A stretch of 64,000 nt of DNA from Candidatus Obscuribacteraceae bacterium (GTDB lineage: Bacteria > Cyanobacteriota > Vampirovibrionia > Obscuribacterales > Obscuribacteraceae). Position numbers and translations under genes: made by a program. The notes under the pieces are model-generated. The model worked only from the letters and a program-made list of their open reading frames with translations. It had not been told where the DNA came from and did no database searches. The stretch covers positions 1-64,000 of the forward strand of contig JBGAHS010000003.1 in assembly GCA_044226015.1 (NCBI GenBank), given 5' to 3'. Shown here piece after piece: positions 39,371 to 49,416 of this stretch (positions within the stretch are counted from its first letter, which is position 1; each line of letters begins with the position of its first letter).

Positions 39371-42100
39371 TTATTCTGGAGAACCATCATCAGCTGGTTT
39401 AGCTTCAGCTCCATCGTCACCATCTTCATCGTCCTTTGATCCCTTGCCTGGTAATGGCTCAGAATCATCTTGCGGCGTTTCAGCAACTAAGGTCACAGAG
39501 ACAACGCTGTCATCTTCTTCAAGCTGCAGCAAGCGTACTCCAGTAGCCATACGACCTTGCGTGCTGATCTGATCCGTTGGTTGTCTGATTACCACGCCTT
39601 TTGCTGTTGTGATCAAAATCTCAGTCTTAGGTCTAACGATTAGCAAGCAAGACAGTTTGGAAAGTTCATTCTTGAACTTGATGCCAATAATGCCCAGACC
39701 GCCTCTGCCTTGAACGCGGAATTCATCGATGTCCACCCGCTTTCCGAAACCATCACTGGTGACGACGAGCATGTGGAAGTCTGGAGATGGCTCGAATACA
39801 TCGAAACCTACGATGCGATTTCCATCACGCAAACTCATCGCTTTGACGCCGCGGGCAGATCTTCCCATTGGGCGAACTTCTTCTTCGCCGTAACGAATGC
39901 ACATACCATCAGCACTGCCGATGATGATGTTGCCTTTGCCTGATGAACGACGAACCCATCCCAATTGCTCATCCTTACCGAGCTTTATCGCAGCAATGCC
40001 TTTCTTTCTGATGCGAGAGAACTGGCTAATCGGAACCTTCTTGATGGCACCAAGTGTGGTGAGCATAACGAAGTAGTCTTCATCACCAGAGACGCTGAGT
40101 TCTTCATCCTCAGCTGCTTCTATAGGAGCATCAGACTCGTCATCACCAGCATCTACAGTGCCCGATCGCTTCAGGTCTTCATCAGAAACTGGAATTACAG
40201 CAGTAACCTGTTCTTCCTGGCTCATGTTAACCATGTTCAGAATGCGCTTTCCACCAGACTGGCGCGATTGCTCTGGAATGTCCATTACATCCATCGAGTA
40301 GACGGATCCTTTAGTCGTGAACACGAGCAACTTATCGTGCGTATTTGCTTCCAGACAATGTTGAAGTGAATCTTTGTCCTCTTCTTTTGTCTTGATGCCT
40401 GATACACCACGACCCGCGCGACGCTGCCTTTTGAAAGTATCAAGAGGAACGCGCTTGATCATGTCGTTCTTGGTGATCATGACCAACATTTTTTCGTTAG
40501 GCACAAGGTCTTTCGCTGTGATATCGGAGTCTCCGGCGGCTCCGATGATTTCAGTACGTCGGTCATCACCATGCTTATCTTTGATTGCAATCAATTGATT
40601 CTTGATGATTTCCAGTACTTTCTTCGGATTAGCGAGAATCGATTGGTAATCAGCAATTTCAGCTACTTTCTTGTCATATTCTTCGTTGATTTCGTTGCTT
40701 TCCAATTGAGCCAATCTGCGCAATTGCATTTCGAGGACAGCCTGCGCCTGCAACTCATCGAGTCCGAAGTTATCCATCAATTTCGTCTTAGCTTCAGCAG
40801 CAGATGCAGCGCCTCGAATTGTCGCAATGACCTCGTCCAGCTTCTTGAGTGCTTTCAAGTAACCTTCTAAAAGGTGCTTGCGATTTTCGGCCTGTTCCAT
40901 CTTGAATCTGGTTGCGTTCTCCACAACCTCGATTCGGTGCTTGATGAAGTCGTGAATCATCTGCTCGATGGTGAGAGTGAGCGGACGGCACTTTCTCGGC
41001 TCTGGCTTCTTCTCTTTATCACCAACGGTTCCAAGCTTCTGCCTAGGTTCAGCCTGAGCTAAACGCAGACCAAGCGCATTTACAGGGAAGCTTTGCTGTA
41101 ATTGTGTGTGCTTGTAGAGATTGTTCAAAACAATATCAGGGTGCGCGTTTTGATTTAGCTTGATTACAACGCGCAATCCATTTCTATCAGTTTCATCATT
41201 TACTTCGTAGATGTCTTTGATCTTATCTTCACTGACTTCCTGAACGCGTTTAGCGAATGCTTCAGGTCCGACCAGGTAAGGTAGCGAAGTTACAACGATA
41301 GCTGTACGAGCCTGCCTGCCGCTGCCGCCTGGAATGGTTTCAATCTCAGCTTTTCCACGACACAAAATAGACCCACGCCCAGTCGTATATGCATCGCGAA
41401 TACCATCGGATCCGACGATGTAACCACCGCCCGGGAAGTCTGGTCCCTTGATGTATTGCATCAAACCGATGGAATCGAGCTCTGGATTGTCAATTTTGGC
41501 TACGATGCCATCAACAAGTTCGCGCAGGTTATGCGGAGGAAGATTGGTTGCCATACCGACAGCAATTCCAGCGCTTCCATTCATAAGAAGAATAGGAACA
41601 CGAGAAGGCAGTACCGCGGGCTCTTCTTGCGTTTCATCGAAGTTGAGACGCATCTCAACTGTGTTGAGGTCGATGTCTTCCAACATCTCCATTGCAAGAG
41701 GAGTCAGCTTTGCTTCGGTGTAACGCATTGCTGCAGGAGGATTGTCGAGGTCTCCAAAGTTTCCGTGTCCATTGACAAGCGGATATCGGCTCGCTTCTTT
41801 CTGTGCCAAACGAACAAGAGCTTCATAGATAGCCGAGTCACCGTGTGGGTGGAAGTTACCCATCACGTCCCCTACGGTTTTGGCTGCCTTACGGAACCCT
41901 TTGTTGGGATACAAGCCCAACTGGTGCATACCATATATGATGCGCCTGTGAACGGGCTTGAGACCGTCACGAACGTCAGGTATGGCTCTACTAACAATTA
42001 CCGACATCGCATAGTCGATAAACGAGCGTTTCATCTCGTCTCGGACTTGAACGGGCACTACGCCCGCCCTTTTGCCTTCTCCGCCTTCTTCGCCTGTCAA
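39371..42100 (-). CDS. gyrA: DNA gyrase subunit A
   Basis: DGLKPVHRR, HPHGDSAIY, AAMRYTE (catalytic Tyr), GyrA-box-like QRRAGRG, beta-pinwheel repeats, acidic tail. Confidence 0.95.
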   Translation of the reverse strand: MTGEEGGEGKRAGVVPVQVRDEMKRSFIDYAMSVIVSRAIPDVRDGLKPVHRRIIYGMHQLGLYPNKGFRKAAKTVGDVMGNFHPHGDSAIYEALVRLAQKEASRYPLVNGHGNFGDLDNPPAAMRYTEAKLTPLAMEMLEDIDLNTVEMRLNFDETQEEPAVLPSRVPILLMNGSAGIAVGMATNLPPHNLRELVDGIVAKIDNPELDSIGLMQYIKGPDFPGGGYIVGSDGIRDAYTTGRGSILCRGKAEIETIPGGSGRQARTAIVVTSLPYLVGPEAFAKRVQEVSEDKIKDIYEVNDETDRNGLRVVIKLNQNAHPDIVLNNLYKHTQLQQSFPVNALGLRLAQAEPRQKLGTVGDKEKKPEPRKCRPLTLTIEQMIHDFIKHRIEVVENATRFKMEQAENRKHLLEGYLKALKKLDEVIATIRGAASAAEAKTKLMDNFGLDELQAQAVLEMQLRRLAQLESNEINEEYDKKVAEIADYQSILANPKKVLEIIKNQLIAIKDKHGDDRRTEIIGAAGDSDITAKDLVPNEKMLVMITKNDMIKRVPLDTFKRQRRAGRGVSGIKTKEEDKDSLQHCLEANTHDKLLVFTTKGSVYSMDVMDIPEQSRQSGGKRILNMVNMSQEEQVTAVIPVSDEDLKRSGTVDAGDDESDAPIEAAEDEELSVSGDEDYFVMLTTLGAIKKVPISQFSRIRKKGIAAIKLGKDEQLGWVRRSSGKGNIIIGSADGMCIRYGEEEVRPMGRSARGVKAMSLRDGNRIVGFDVFEPSPDFHMLVVTSDGFGKRVDIDEFRVQGRGGLGIIGIKFKNELSKLSCLLIVRPKTEILITTAKGVVIRQPTDQISTQGRMATGVRLLQLEEDDSVVSVTLVAETPQDDSEPLPGKGSKDDEDGDDGAEAKPADDGSPE

Positions 42101-42321
42101 GTTACTAGCTCCTCAAAACTTGAGAACCCTGGAAATATTACGAATTCAAAGTATAGCATCCTTGAATTATCCGCTCCTGAAGCGACTTTCAGCAGTTTTT
42201 TCGGGACATACGCAAAGAGACGTTGCTGATTGTGTTTGCCGATTCTTTCACTCTTGCAACATTTGTGGGACGATATCCACTCCATACATCGATTGGTCAA
42301 AAAGTACGAGGTTGACTGGCA

Positions 42322-43833
42322 ATGGCACGTGAAAAGGAGACAACTCTTACTGTGGAAAACGAAGATAGCTCTCGCCTTCGCGATGAGCGAATGCGCAAGT
42401 TGAAAGAACTTAAAGAGCAGGGAATCAATCCATATCCCTATACTTTCCAACGTTCTGCAACTGCCGCCGAACTAATAGCGAAATATGCCGATTTAGCGCC
42501 AGATACAGAAACCAAAGATGAAGTCAAAGTATGCGGGCGAATTCTGAACGAGCGAAACACCTGGATGTTCGTTGACGTTTATGATGACAGCGGCAAGATT
42601 CAGTTGTTCTGCCACAAAGAAAGTCTCTCACCTGATGAATTGAAGCGCTTGCGCCTTCTAGACAAAGGTGATTTCATCGGCGCAACAGGAACAATCAGAA
42701 GAACAAAAGCAGGTGAACTCTCAGTGCGAGTCACTTCCTATGAGGTTCTCTCAAAATCTCTGTTGCCCCTGCCTCTAAGTTGGGACGGTTTCACTGATGT
42801 TGAAGCGCGTTATCGTCAGCGCTATGTCGACATGATTATCAACCCAGAATCGAGAGAGAAACTGAAGAAGCGCAGTACTGCTGTTCGTGCGTTGCGCAAT
42901 TTCCTCGATGAGAAAGGCTTTTACGAGGTCGAAACCCCGGTTTTGCAAGTCGAAGCTGGTGGTGCCGATGCGCGTCCATTCATAACTCACCACAACACTC
43001 TCGACATCGATCTATACATGCGCATTGCCACCGAGCTGCACTTGAAGCGCCTTATCATTGGTGGATTTGAAAAGGTCTATGAAATTGGCAGAATCTTCCG
43101 GAATGAGGGAATAAGCACAAAGCATAATCCCGAGTTCACCATGATGGAACTTTATCAAGCCTATGGTGATTACGAGCAGTTGATGCATTTCACAGAAGAG
43201 ATGATTCAACATATCTGCATGCAGGTTTGCGGAACTACAAAAATCACCTACCAGGGCGTTGAAATTGACTTCAAGAGCCCCTGGAGACGGGTGACAATGC
43301 GAGATGCGATTCTAGAAGTGACTGGATTCGACCCTGAAACCATGAAAACAATGGATGATGCAAAGGCTGCAGCAAGCAAGCTTGGCATCAAACTTGAGAT
43401 GGAAGAAAGCCCGGGCGAAGTTATGAACACCATCTTCGAAGAAAAGGTCGAGAGCACTTTGATGCAACCGACATTCCTCATCGATTACCCTGTAGAAATT
43501 TCACCGCTCACAAAAATGCACCGAAGCAAGCCGGGAGTGGTTGAGCGTTTCGAGCTATTCATATATGGTCGAGAACATGCAAATGGATACAGCGAGTTGA
43601 GCGACCCGCAGGATCAGCGCTCTAGACTAGAAGCACAGGCTCGCAAGAGAGAAAATGGCAATGAAGAAGCACAGCCACTGGATCTCGATTTTATCCAGGC
43701 GATGGAATATGGCATGCCGCCCACGATGGGAATCGGCATTGGTATCGATCGACTCGTCATGTTATTGACTGACTCTGCTTCCATCAGAGAAATCATCGCC
43801 TTCCCGACGATGAAACCGATTAACAAGCCCTGA
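42322..43833 (+). CDS. lysS: Lysine--tRNA ligase (class II)
   Basis: GINPYP, RYRQRYVD, LYMRIATELHLKRL, FRNEG, YGMPPT.G.GIGIDRL. Confidence 0.98.
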   Translation: MAREKETTLTVENEDSSRLRDERMRKLKELKEQGINPYPYTFQRSATAAELIAKYADLAPDTETKDEVKVCGRILNERNTWMFVDVYDDSGKIQLFCHKESLSPDELKRLRLLDKGDFIGATGTIRRTKAGELSVRVTSYEVLSKSLLPLPLSWDGFTDVEARYRQRYVDMIINPESREKLKKRSTAVRALRNFLDEKGFYEVETPVLQVEAGGADARPFITHHNTLDIDLYMRIATELHLKRLIIGGFEKVYEIGRIFRNEGISTKHNPEFTMMELYQAYGDYEQLMHFTEEMIQHICMQVCGTTKITYQGVEIDFKSPWRRVTMRDAILEVTGFDPETMKTMDDAKAAASKLGIKLEMEESPGEVMNTIFEEKVESTLMQPTFLIDYPVEISPLTKMHRSKPGVVERFELFIYGREHANGYSELSDPQDQRSRLEAQARKRENGNEEAQPLDLDFIQAMEYGMPPTMGIGIGIDRLVMLLTDSASIREIIAFPTMKPINKP

Positions 43834-44006
43834 TTGGCACTTACAAGCGGCGGCTCGACTGTAGAAACAGATGCTCTCAAACAGAGCATCTGGACCTTCC
43901 CTGACGGCGAAGCTGCAACAGTCGATTTCGGCGACACCATTGGACATGCGCAAGATGTTTGTACATAAATCTGCCTTCGGTCATAATTATGATAGGAGAA
44001 ATAAAA

Positions 44007-44534
44007 TTGACTATTTGGAAGATGTACCGCTACGAAGACTCGGTTCTCGCCCCTCGAATGGTGAAGACTGAGGAAGGCGTTTTCGTTGAAACGCAACCAG
44101 TCAGTTCAGTCTCCGCGGATTCAAAGACTGACATAGTGGACCTTCTGAAGGACTCGCTGCAAACAGCTCCAGAAGACGCGAGCAAGGAAGACCTGAACTA
44201 CGAAGTAGACGTGAAGGACGCGCAGCCAGTTCTCTTGCAAGTACTAGGCATAAAGAGATGGAAGGACTTCGAGAAGCGAGCTTTGATGTATACCCTACAT
44301 CGCAGTGAAAATCAGTTAGTGATGCATGTCACCGGGCGTGGTGCCGACGGAATGTGGAGCATTGCCGATTCAGAAAGTCGAAGTTTTTCAAATGAAATTT
44401 CGTTGCAAGAAATTTGTGAGAGCATTGCTGATGAAATGATGGCGCGACGGGCTGTTCGTGCGCCACTGTTGCTCGGTGGCTCTGCGATGGTTGTGCGCCC
44501 CGATACTACGCCCGAGCCAAAGAAGGACGAGTAA
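44007..44534 (+). CDS. Hypothetical protein, possible CdiI-like immunity fold
   Basis: AGGAG RBS then TTG at 44007; pattern PRMVKTEEGVFVETQPV...LGIKRWKDFEKRA. Confidence 0.55.
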   Translation: MTIWKMYRYEDSVLAPRMVKTEEGVFVETQPVSSVSADSKTDIVDLLKDSLQTAPEDASKEDLNYEVDVKDAQPVLLQVLGIKRWKDFEKRALMYTLHRSENQLVMHVTGRGADGMWSIADSESRSFSNEISLQEICESIADEMMARRAVRAPLLLGGSAMVVRPDTTPEPKKDE

Positions 44535-44547
44535 ATTTCAAAAATAT

Positions 44548-45043
44548 GGATCCGCACGGGGCTTCCACCGGGATCCGCACGGGCTTCCACGGGGATCCGC
44601 ACGGGCTTCCACCGGGATCAGGGATCCGCACGGGCTTCCACCGGGATCCGGGATCCGCACGGGCTTCCACCGGGATCCGCAGCGACCTCCATCGGGATCC
44701 GGGATCCGCACGGGCTTCCACCGGGATCCGCAGCGACCTCCATCGGGATCCGCAGCGACCTCCATCGGGATCCGAGATCCGCACGGGCTTCCATCGGGAT
44801 CCGCACGGGCTTCCATCGGGATCCGCAGCGACCTCCATCGGGATCCGCACGGGCTTCCACCGGGATCCGCACGGGCTTCCACCGGGATCCGCACGGGCTT
44901 CCATCGGGATCCGCACGGGCTTCCACCGGGATCCGCACGGGCTTCCATCGGGATCCGCACGGGCTTCCACCGGGATCCGCAGCGACCTCCATCGGGATCC
45001 GAGATCCGCACGGGCTTCCATCCGGATCCGCACGAGCTTCAAC
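44548..45043. repeat. Tandem array of about 21 x 22-bp units (GGATCCGCACGGGCTTCCAYCG / GGATCCGCAGCGACCTCCATCG) with 7-bp stubs
   Basis: Read directly; two unit types plus interspersed 7-bp stubs (GGATCCG, one GGATCAG). Confidence 0.95.
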
Positions 45044-45428
45044 CAATATCGCTGGAATCGCATGATACTTTCCGCAGGCAAGCTGGAGGCGAACTACTTT
45101 CTAAAAGCCCAAGAATGGAGCAGCACAGTGCATGAAGCCAAGTTCCAAACCTCTCCAAATTAAATTTCCAGAAGCGTGGGGAATAAAGCATCTTTGTGCA
45201 TATAAATAGATGGCGAGAATTCCACGCCAATGCCACTTTTGCTGACTAAGATTAAACTGGGTCAAAAGCCACAGATTTAATCTGCCTTTACCGACTTCAC
45301 TGTTGAAAAGCACATTGACGGCAGTCGTACGGGAAGCAGAATAATGGAAGGTTACTAGTGGCAAAAAATCAGGATCGTCGAAGCTAGGCTGTTTCGTCCA
45401 AGTCTACTCCTACAGAGGAAAGTTCAGC

Positions 45429-47402
45429 ATGGGTAACGAAGTTAAAGAAAAACCTCAGGAAGTCTCGGAAGGAAGAGACAATTCTAGAGATGTATCCTCT
45501 GCCAGTGACAATCGAGAGATTAAGACTGCGGCAGAAGCCCAGAGAGACGACCTGAGGGAAAAGAGCGGTGCCGCCGATAAGGACCGAACTTCCGATGCGA
45601 TAAACAAGAATACTTCCGATGCGGCTTTAGCACTAAACAGTGCCGCGGGAAAACCTAACGATATCGCTGGCAACAAAGCTGTTCAAGACGATATCGCAAA
45701 ACACAAAACCGTTGACTTGCAATACGCTAACAAAGGCACATTCGACACTGCAGGTCTGTACGGAAACGCACTCGACGGAATCAAAAAGAACGGTGGCGAA
45801 AAACTTGCCATGGCTGGATCTTTGAAGGTCGGCGACCAGACCAAAGAGTCACTCAAGCCAGGGGAGAAAGGCTCAGAGCATAACAAGCCTGGTGATAACA
45901 ATGTCAGAGACATTGACCCTGCGAAGGACAATCCGGCCGCGGTGGCAAAACGCTACAACGACATGGTCGATTCCCAGAAAGATCTCAAACCTGGTGACGC
46001 AGAGCGCCTGAAATCAGAATTCGCCGACAACATGGCGAAGATGCAAGAGAAGTTCAAGGGAGATGACCTCTCCCACATCTCACGTTCAATGAATCTGATG
46101 ATGGACAAAGACAACCATCTGATGAGCGACAAGAATCGCATCAATGCAGTCTCCGGATTGGCCGCGCGAGGAGCAGAGCCACAGGACGCCAACAGACAGG
46201 GTGCAAACCCGACTTGCGCATTGACCTCGGAATCACGCATCGAGCAACAGAGAGATTTCGTTAAGTACGCAGACCAGATGGGTTCTGTCGCCGCTAAGGG
46301 TGGGGCCTGGAGAGGCGGCGCAGACGGCAAAGCGCCAGTCTGGGTCGATGTCGACGCAAAAGGCACCAATCACGCCAACTTTGCTGCAGACGGCGAAGCT
46401 TCACGTATGTACAGCAAAGATTTCCACCAGAACGGCGGACACAGAGATTACCTTGGACAGCTCGACAACGCAGTTGTCGGCGGTGAAATGGCAAAATACG
46501 CCGGTCAGCGCGATGGCAAGGACTACGTCTATGTCGCAGCAAATGCACAGAAAGTCGATGGCGCTGATGCTCTGTCTAAGGGTCAAGCGTCAGGTGGCAA
46601 CACGCTCATGGTGCGCGACAGCGGCGGAGAGCTGAAGCAATCACGCGACGGTCAAGGAAACGCGGAAAACAACCCTCCTTCGACACTAGATATGGTGGCA
46701 AAGGTGAATGCCGCCAATGGTGGTGGCGGACTTATGGTTCAACAGAACTTAGCCGAAAAATATCGCGACCCGAAAACAGGTCAATTGCCAGAAGGCATGG
46801 TGGCATTCAAAGATGCTGCGGATCTTCGCGGCAAGCTGGCGCAGAGCCCCGACAAGGAATACCAGATTGCTACAAACGGCGTGATAGTTGCCGGAAGAGA
46901 AGGTCACGGACTTCACGCGCAGACGGTCAAGTTGAACAAAGACGGACAGCTCGAGTTCGGCAATAACTGGGATAACGCAAGCAACCACAAAGTCTACAAC
47001 GACGACTTCGTCAACAAGTTCACCAATCCAAAACAATGGGACAACTACACGCCGCAACACACACTGCCAGACGGACAGCCAGATTGGAGAAACGAAAAAG
47101 TTGGACCGAAAACCGACCTGCGCAGTGTCGGAAGAGATTCGACAGACCCCAACTTCAACAAAGACAAAGCCGACAAAGACAAGAAAGAAGAAGAGGACAA
47201 GAAGAAAGACGCCAAAGCTAAAGAAGAAAAAGAGAACGAAGAAAAGCAAAAAGCCGATGCAAAGGCTAAAGCTCATCAACAAGCTCAACAAGCCTTCGAT
47301 AAAGAAATGTCTGACTACAAGTCCCGTGAAGCAGCCTGGGAGAAAGCGAACCCAGGAAAATCATTCAACGAAACACCTCCGGTATTCAAGAATCCCGGTT
47401 AG
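45429..47402 (+). CDS. Large protein without signal peptide carrying a putative papain-like Cys protease domain
   Basis: RQGANPTCAL (Gln/Cys), HGLHAQTV (His), FGNNW (Asn-x-Trp); charged low-complexity termini; GAGGA RBS. Confidence 0.7.
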   Translation: MGNEVKEKPQEVSEGRDNSRDVSSASDNREIKTAAEAQRDDLREKSGAADKDRTSDAINKNTSDAALALNSAAGKPNDIAGNKAVQDDIAKHKTVDLQYANKGTFDTAGLYGNALDGIKKNGGEKLAMAGSLKVGDQTKESLKPGEKGSEHNKPGDNNVRDIDPAKDNPAAVAKRYNDMVDSQKDLKPGDAERLKSEFADNMAKMQEKFKGDDLSHISRSMNLMMDKDNHLMSDKNRINAVSGLAARGAEPQDANRQGANPTCALTSESRIEQQRDFVKYADQMGSVAAKGGAWRGGADGKAPVWVDVDAKGTNHANFAADGEASRMYSKDFHQNGGHRDYLGQLDNAVVGGEMAKYAGQRDGKDYVYVAANAQKVDGADALSKGQASGGNTLMVRDSGGELKQSRDGQGNAENNPPSTLDMVAKVNAANGGGGLMVQQNLAEKYRDPKTGQLPEGMVAFKDAADLRGKLAQSPDKEYQIATNGVIVAGREGHGLHAQTVKLNKDGQLEFGNNWDNASNHKVYNDDFVNKFTNPKQWDNYTPQHTLPDGQPDWRNEKVGPKTDLRSVGRDSTDPNFNKDKADKDKKEEEDKKKDAKAKEEKENEEKQKADAKAKAHQQAQQAFDKEMSDYKSREAAWEKANPGKSFNETPPVFKNPG

Positions 47403-47488
47403 TTCCGGCTTTAACAAACCGAAAAATAAGAAACCGATTTGTGGTAAAACACAAGTGAGCACGTGCATATTCCATGCAGGAGGAATTC

Positions 47489-48082
47489 ATGCCAACTATC
47501 ACTACAGGTATCATTCGCTCGCTCAAAGTGCCTGATGAATTTACCGACCTGAAAGAAGAGATAGCTGGCATAAGTCCTGAGTACTGGATGAAGAGCTATC
47601 GTATTCCGGGACAAAATTTCCCGGAAATTAGCCTTCGCTACCCGGGCTTTCCAATGTACAGCGATGATGTGCCAGCTTTTCGCGGGCTTTTAGCAAAGGG
47701 CGAACACGTCGTATTCGAGCAGGGGAATCCGAAGTATTCCCTTAAAGCAAACCTGGATATGGTAAGAGAAGTTTCCGCCGGGCTCGGCAACGCGGGTGAC
47801 AATCAAATTGCAAAAGCCGACTCAGGACCAATGTTCAACCTGAAGACAATGGCTGTGCGAGAGGTTCAGGGGCGCATGCTGCTCCATATTACGGGTTGGT
47901 TCCAGACGCAGAGCCTCGAACCACGAGTCTTTCTGTCTTGTCTTTATATTGACACGACTCCTGGATCAAAAGATTGCAAGGTACAGGAGTTGTACTTGCA
48001 AGCGTATCCGCTTGAGCAGTTCGAGCAATTCACGCAACAATTTGAGGACTTGCTCACTACTATCAGCTGGGCAGACAAGTGA
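47489..48082 (+). CDS. Hypothetical protein, possible PsbP/DcrB-like fold
   Basis: GGAGG RBS, ATG at 47489; N-terminal L.VPDEF, C-terminal F..LL.TI.W; paralogue of next gene. Confidence 0.7.
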   Translation: MPTITTGIIRSLKVPDEFTDLKEEIAGISPEYWMKSYRIPGQNFPEISLRYPGFPMYSDDVPAFRGLLAKGEHVVFEQGNPKYSLKANLDMVREVSAGLGNAGDNQIAKADSGPMFNLKTMAVREVQGRMLLHITGWFQTQSLEPRVFLSCLYIDTTPGSKDCKVQELYLQAYPLEQFEQFTQQFEDLLTTISWADK

Positions 48083-48717
48083 ATACTCTCTCCAGGGGGA
48101 TCATCAAAGAAGTAACTTTACCTGAGAATTTTCAGCTGCGAACAGAGCAAGCTGGTGGCATTGGAAATAGCTGGCTATTGAGTTGCAAGTCTCGAAGATA
48201 TGAGAATGTTGAATTTGCTCTTTTCTATCGCGGAACACCATGCTCAGCCGATGGCGTAATTAGTTTTCGCAATTTACTGACAGAGCCCAAGATACTGTTC
48301 AATTCGACTGACACTACAGATGGTGACAGCGGACTAATTCACAACCTTAGCAGAGTTTTGGGAAACGCCAGCAATAATCAAATAACTAATCAAAATACAG
48401 GAAATCAGGGACCAAAGTTTTTTCTTGAATGCCTGGAAGTAATTGAGCTAAATCAAAAGAACGTCCTTTCAACCACTGGCTATTTTCATGGTCCAGAGGG
48501 AGAGGTGGACTACCACTACAAGGGTGTTTTCATTGATGCCTCGCCGGACGATCCAAAGAAATGCCAGATAGAAGAGGTGCTTTTTCAGGCACCAGATATG
48601 GTGCTTTTCCGAAAATTGCTGCCGGATTTCTTGAAGTTTTTGGGGAGTATCATTTGGTCTGCGCCGACAAGCCCCATTACTAGCGGCGACAACTCAAAGT
48701 ACAAACTGAAGTTTTGA
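48079..48717 (+). CDS. Hypothetical protein, paralogue of 47489..48082
   Basis: GTGA overlap; shared GII, LGNA..NQI, P.F.L, TG.F, ID..P, C...E...QA, I.W. Confidence 0.7.
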   Translation: MNTLSRGIIKEVTLPENFQLRTEQAGGIGNSWLLSCKSRRYENVEFALFYRGTPCSADGVISFRNLLTEPKILFNSTDTTDGDSGLIHNLSRVLGNASNNQITNQNTGNQGPKFFLECLEVIELNQKNVLSTTGYFHGPEGEVDYHYKGVFIDASPDDPKKCQIEEVLFQAPDMVLFRKLLPDFLKFLGSIIWSAPTSPITSGDNSKYKLKF

Positions 48718-48756
48718 GACTTGCAGCATGATTTGCTGTGTTCAGCAGGGAAATGC

Positions 48757-48937
48757 GGCGCCCAGCAGAGAAGAACGGCGCCCAGCAGACAAAGACGGTG
48801 CCCAGCAGAAAATGACGGCGCCCAGCAGAGACAGACGGTGCCCAGCAGAGACAGACGGTGCCCAGCAGAAAATGACGGCGCCCAGCAGAAAATGACGGCG
48901 CCCAGCTGGACGGACGGCGCCCAGCAGAAAATGACGG
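48757..48937. repeat. Tandem array of 9 x 20-bp units GGYGCCCAGCAG-N8
   Basis: Units start at 48757, 48777, ... 48897, 48916. Confidence 0.95.
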
Positions 48938-49416
48938 TTTTCCTCTAGACATCATGCACTTGCTCTTCGTGCTTGTGCTCATGATTGCATCCTGGTCCAT
49001 GCACATGCGCCGGGCTTTATGTTCATGAATCTGAGTATGAGCATGTAGTTTGCTGCGCTGCACCCAATTCGCTTGCTTCTTACGCACGGTTTTCCTCTAG
49101 ACATCATGCATTTGCGCCTGTCTTATGTTCATGAATCTGAGTATGAACATGTAGTTTGCTGCGCTGCACCCGATTTGCCTGCTTCTATACGCACGGTTTT
49201 CCTCTAGACATCATGCATTTGCGCCTGTTTCATGTTCATGAATCTGAGTATGAGCATGTAGTTTGCTTTTGCTGCGCTGCACCCAATTCGCTTGCTTCTA
49301 TACGCACGGTTTTCCTCTAGACATCATGCACTTGCGCCTGTCTTATGTTCATGAATCTGAGTATGAACATGTAGTTTGCTGCGCTGCACCCGATTTGCCT
49401 GCTTCTATACGCACGG
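48935..49416. repeat. Tandem array of about 4 x 107-bp units
   Basis: TCCTCTAGACATCATGCA recurs at 48941, 49093, 49200 and 49313. Confidence 0.92.

Noticed and set aside
39371..42100. Intein in the long GyrA
   Set aside because: Sequence after the catalytic Tyr is uninterrupted; the extra length comes from short inserts and the acidic tail
44458..45163. Multiple long ORFs over the 22-bp array
   Set aside because: Open in many frames because the GC-rich unit lacks stops; period is not a multiple of three
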